From NCBI GenBank assembly GCA_964199315.1, contig OZ116705.1:5580001-5644000 (forward strand): a stretch of DNA of 64,000 bases, in the 5' to 3' direction. The DNA comes from Orbicella franksi. Lineage: Eukaryota. Below, piece by piece: positions 59,409 to 64,000 of this stretch. Position 1 is the first letter of the stretch; each line of letters starts with the position of its first letter. Made by a program: the position numbers and the translations under genes. The notes beneath the pieces were generated by a model. That model did not search any database and was not told where the DNA came from. It worked only from the letters and a program-made list of their open reading frames with translations.

Positions 59409-59636
59409 GGACCCGTTTCTCGAAAGCCCCGGAAACTTTCCGAGCCCGTAAAGCCATTTTTAGTTCATCTGTATCTAAAAACGGAGAAGTGTATACGCCT
59501 GAAACTTCTTGTATGAAGGGAACCTCTGTTCATATTAACAATATGTAAACAAAACAGCTCTGTAATAGTAAGGGTAGAGATTTTGCTACGGCTCTCCGGG
59601 CCCGAAAAGTTTCCGGGACTTTCGAGAAACGGGCCC
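59409..59636. mobile_element. PIF/Harbinger-type MITE (CWG TSD)
   Basis: CTG|GGACCCGTTTCTCGAAAG..CCGGAAACTTT ... AAAGTTTCCGGGACTTTCGAGAAACGGGCCC|CTG. Confidence 0.8.
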
Positions 59637-59744
59637 CTGCCCTCACTCCCTCGGACGTTTTGAAAAATTTCGGACAGAGCGCCACGTATTTAGTCTCCAA
59701 TCCCTTTCAGTTACAATGTAACAGTCACACAACATTTGATCAAC

Positions 59745-62700
59745 ATGGCGGCCACAACAAGATCACTATTACGGCCCTTACGGTTCAAATTATTTTACCT
59801 TTTACATATTTTGTTATTTGCTGGTATGAGTATAGCAGAATTTGAGGTTCTTGATGAATACTCTCTTACAAATATCACTGCATCAGTCAGGAGTGCCTGT
59901 GTATTAGTTGCTTTGCAGCCCATGTGTGAGCTTACCTCGATTCTTCACAAACTTTCGCAGGCTTTTAAGAATGAAAGTAGTGCAAGCATTGGAGTATTAA
60001 AACAGTCTGATGGTAGCTCGATCACCTGGGAAAATAGCAGGAGTCTAGATATGGTTGATCAAGAAGATCTAGCGTTTTTTCCGCGCAAATTGGTGGACAG
60101 AACTTGCCTCATCCAACCAAGTTGGCAAAAACGACCCAAAGCTGAACGTTACTACGGATCAAGAACTCTTCAAGAATTGCTTGCATTTATTAACGCCAAA
60201 TGCGGTACTTTCAGGCAGTTGGATGGAAGTTTATCGTCTGCTGGTTTAGCAAGGAAAAGAATAATAGATAATTTGTATCGGGTCCCAAACAGTGACGGTC
60301 CGAACCATGCCTCATATTCTGGACCTGTCAACATTGGCTCCACATGTGAGAGAATTCCCTTACCTTCCAAAGAAAAATTTTTCCATGAATATTTCTTTCG
60401 ATCAAAACCAGTAGTGATCACAGGTAAAAAAAAATTCAATGAGTTTGTGAACCGAATAATTTCACTAAGTGGAAGTTACATAATACCAAACTTTTTCATA
60501 GACCCTGATGCACCCCAACCCCACACCCCTCCCCCCCCTTATCAGCATGCCTCTTGTTGTCAGTTAAAACAATTCCAAACATGTGAATGTTCATGAAAAC
60601 CCAATGAACTTGTCTAGAGATTGCATTTGCTAGCCTGAAATCGTTAAAGTAGAGTATGAAGTTACACTAAAATTTCCAAATGAGTTGGCGAGTGTTTCCT
60701 TTTACCACATTCTCTGCAAGATCCATCTAGTCATCTTACTGTCTTGTTGTAACAAAATAACAGATGATTGAGAAGAATAATTAAAGACCTGACCATCCCT
60801 TTTAATTAAGCCTGTTGATCAAAGCCCAGATTCCTCCCAAAAGACTCAAATCATTGTATGAAAGCTGTCAGAAGAACTTTGGTGTTGAACCTCAGGGTCA
60901 TGTTTTGCCTCTTTGTTTTTGTATTTATCATCTAGGTGCATTAAAAAACTGGCCTGCGATGAAAAAGTGGACGACAGAATTTCTAACAACAAAGTTTGGT
61001 GACAAGATGGTACGAGTAGCATTCGCCCCTTATGGTGAATATGAGGGATGCGAAAAGGCTCATGACTTTGAAGACTTTAAAGATTTCAAGTTTCCTGATG
61101 TGGTCAAATCGCAGTTACCATTTCCAGATTTAGTGGTGGTTCGTCCTGCATTTCTGGAAATTCCTTTCTCTACATTTATGAGCATTTTGCAGTCATCCAA
61201 TGACAGTAACATTTCTGCTTATCTAGAATACTCTTCTATACCTAGTTTACTACCAGAACTTGAGCAGGACATCAAAGAGATGCCTTTTCTTTCTGGGGAA
61301 TTAAAACGACGACATCTTAATATTTGGCTTAGCAATGGAAATACATTGGGCAAGCTGCATTTTGATCCCTTTGACAACTTTCTATGTCAGGTTAGTCAAA
61401 ATACAAGTTCTCCTTACTCAGGGCTCTACTTTCAGGAAAAAACCTTGGGGCCAGCTGGCCCCTAAGGTTTCAGACTTAGTTGACGGCAAAAGTATTTCAG
61501 TGAAAAGCGTGAAAAGTTAGTCACCAGTGAACAAAAATTGGTTGCATTGGTGAACCCAGCAGTTGCAACATTGAGCTCTGTTACTTCTAACCATATATTT
61601 CTTGTAGTCTGAAGTTGGGGAATTTGTTTACATACGTAGATTAAAAGTTGAATAATCAGACATCCTTATTTGTGAAATGCCTTAATTCTTCTCTCACAGA
61701 CATTATGCAGATTGCTCTTAAGTGCTAGCCAGCTGACACGGATTGATTCCTGCATGTTGTTTCTAATGCCGCCATGAAACAACAGATAGTATTATTTGAC
61801 AAAAGGAAAAACAACAAGCAGGAAGAATTATTATTAAACCTGTCTGTGTTGGCAAGTTTTAGTGCTACATCATCACGGTACTTTTGTTTCCTTGCATGGG
61901 TGGGGGCTGGGAGGCATGCATTACAAATGCTTTTCCTGTAAAAATGTATAATATAGATATAATAATTATATTTTATATACATATTATTTTAGGCTGGAAG
62001 AATAGAATGATTTTAAAGTTTCCTCAAAGTTAAATCAGTTAAACTCAGCACTGTATTCAAAGTCTACTTGTACTTATAGATCCACATGCCATGTGACTGT
62101 CTGACATGAATATTTGTTTCCTCCAGATCAGTGGAAAAAAACAATTATTTATTTATGAGCCACATGACAACACAAAACTATATGAAGCACACATCCAGGA
62201 AGCTACACTAGACTACAATGCAGCCAGCAGAAAGTTCCGCCGCAAAAAACTACTGGAAAGTACATCAATGGTCATGTCTCCAGTTGACATTCTTAATCCA
62301 GATTACCGCAGATTTCCAAAGTTTAAGGAGGCACGTGCCTTGAATTGTACAATCAATGAAGGTGATGTCTTGTTTATGCCTTCATTCTGGTGGCACGAGG
62401 TCCAATCATATCCCAGTCGGGAAGAACCAAGGAATGTGGCTGTGAATTTCTGGTAAGGTCTTTATTAGGTTTCAGTAAAAACAATGGCAGATCTAGAGGA
62501 GGGGATGGGGGGGTCCTCCCACCCCCCATAATTTTGTGTAAAAAGAAATCGCAGAAGGTGGAAAAGCCGGCAAGGCAAGCCAAAAAATAAAAAAAAAACC
62601 CTCCCCCTCCCCCTCCCTTTAGCTCAAGATCTGGATCCACCACTGAAAAAGACCTTTTAATCAGTAAAGTTCCATTAGTTGTTTTCACTAATGAGTTTTG

Positions 62701-63097
62701 AAAGTGACATTTACATTATAGATAGACCACACCTATACATTTCCTTGTGCTTCACATTATTTTGCTTTGCTTTTGCATAAATACACTAATAGCAATTCGC
62801 TTAAAATGCTCCCCTGCTTTGTCATCCAAATTGAAAGTAAAACCAAAACCAATAGGAACTCACACCCATACATTTCCTTGTGCTTCACATCAGCTACATA
62901 AATTTTAAGTAACAATAAGCTGAAGTCTGGAAAATCAGTTTAATCAAGAATAATCAGGGCTTGACTGTAGTTGTTGATTTTTCTGTGTTTATTTGTATTG
63001 ATATTGTAGGTACGAACCATTTTTGACAAAGGAGTTTCCTTGTGCCACATGCAAGATGGACGTGAGTTCTTTTTACCATCACATGTTGGACCCATGA
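59745..63097 (+). CDS. Signal peptide + degenerate thioredoxin-like domain + JmjC (cupin-8, JMJD7-like) 2OG/Fe(II) oxygenase, ~515 aa. Exons 59745-60423, 60936-61390, 62127-62452, 63010-63097
   Basis: Hydrophobic N-terminus LFYLLHILLFAGMSIA. YYGSRTLQELLAFINAKCGTFR resembles the C-terminal strand of PDI-type thioredoxin domains. JmjC motifs KPVVITG...WPAMKKW, NIWL...LHFDPFDN and GDVLFMPSFWWHEV carry an intact HxD...H. CDS 1548 nt in frame. Confidence 0.88.
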
Positions 63098-63261
63098 TAA
63101 TTATACTGTTCTATAAACATGTAGGAATGGTTAATCAATAGGCCTTATATTTGTATTCTCGGGATTGAACTGGAATTAGCTTGCAGTAGAGGCTCATGTG
63201 GGGGAATATCACTAAGTAGAGCCCACATTAGCCTCAGTTGCAAGCTAGTTTCAGTCCAGTA

Positions 63262-63562
63262 AGGTAAAGGTAAAGTCTGCATACGAGCCAAGTGGCCCAT
63301 CAGGCCGGAGCTTATCCCGGTTTCTGTAGCATGAAGCGACTAGGAGTATTTCTACTCCCCCCTGGATGGGATGCTAGTCCATCACAGGGTTACCCCCAGC
63401 ATTAAGTTCGCCGGTACCCATTTATACACCTGGGTGGAGAGAGGCACTGTGAGAGTAAAGTGTCTTGCCCAAGAACACAACTCAATGTCCCCGGCCAGGG
63501 CTCAAACCTGGACCGCTCGATCCAGAGACGAGTGCACTAACCATGAGGCCACCGCGCCTCCC
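63262..63562 (-). mobile_element. Young full-length tRNA-derived SINE with (CCTTTA)n tail
   Basis: Perfect 15-bp TSD agtttcagtccagta (63247-63261 and 63563-63577). A-box tggcctcatgg and a B-box-like motif lie in the head. Confidence 0.9.
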
Positions 63563-64000
63563 AGTTTCAGTCCAGTACCATGAATATGAATATGGCCTAT
63601 TGTTTGAAAATATTTGTACAGTCTTGATGTACCAGTTGTTAAATAAAAAGGACAGTGCTTACAGAGTCTAATGGTTCATTGATCCACACTTGCTCTGCAA
63701 GACAGAGATTCCATCCTCTTTCTGCTGGATTAGAGACCCTCTTGTGCCTTGTCAAGCAGAAAGATAATTGAATCTCTGTCTCACAGGTTAATCAACATGG
63801 GTGTCCGTAGCATGATTGTTAAATCTTTGTGGAAGGCTGATGCTCAAGTCCATTCTTTGTCAGATTGCTGTAGTTGATGTGTGGTCCTGTAAGAAGAAAG
63901 CATTTTACACCAGAACAAAATGTATGAACTTGGAGGTTTAAATTCGGAGCCCTTATGCTGACATTCAGCAAGCAATGTACCCTGTCTCCCACCTGTACCA

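Noticed and set aside
63062-63067. GTGAGT within the last JmjC exon as an extra donor
   Set aside because: Read-through gives a natural short C-terminus with a stop at 63095-63097, and no downstream coding exon was found in the window. It cannot be fully excluded.
5010-63671. Similar short ORFs at 5010-5201, 31570-31791, 56231-56521 and 63371-63671 (KFAGTH..WVERGTVRVKCLAQ)
   Set aside because: These are translations of the SINE core, not a gene family.
1-64000. Prokaryotic or viral origin, or a bacterial defence operon (CBASS-like), suggested by the cGAS-like gene
   Set aside because: Spliceosomal introns, SINEs/LINEs and animal domain architectures show this is a metazoan nuclear locus.

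Overview
Eukaryotic, intron-containing, AT-rich animal DNA. The repeat families and gene content look like a stony coral or other anthozoan (inference). The window is an innate-immunity-flavoured gene cluster: (1) a 5'-truncated PARP14/15-like macro-PARP, 'PARP-A' (1-5789), whose NAD+-binding triad reads H-C-V instead of H-Y-[I/L]; (2) two intact ~1610-aa RRM-KH-Macro-Macro-KH-WWE-ART paralogs, 'PARP-B1' (10311-23964) and 'PARP-B2' (36572-47528), both with an H-Y-I triad; (3) two KCTD-type BTB-TLDc genes on the minus strand; (4) a headless PARP-A catalytic pseudogene fragment (31193-32332); (5) an intronless 709-aa Mab-21/cGAS-like receptor (cGLR) with intact NTase motifs and a ~300-aa unassigned C-terminal tail; (6) a signal peptide + thioredoxin-like + JmjC gene. 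Most of the window is one tandem segmental duplication (4624-31170 vs 31184-54390). It has a templated 14-bp junction repeat and an abrupt switch from roughly 90% to roughly 99% copy identity (by-eye estimates). Introns and spacers hold many tRNA-derived SINEs, MITEs and an L2 fragment, and several insertions can be confirmed from the empty site in the other copy. Exon coordinates were derived by hand from GT/AG boundaries and frame continuity, and no database searches were run.
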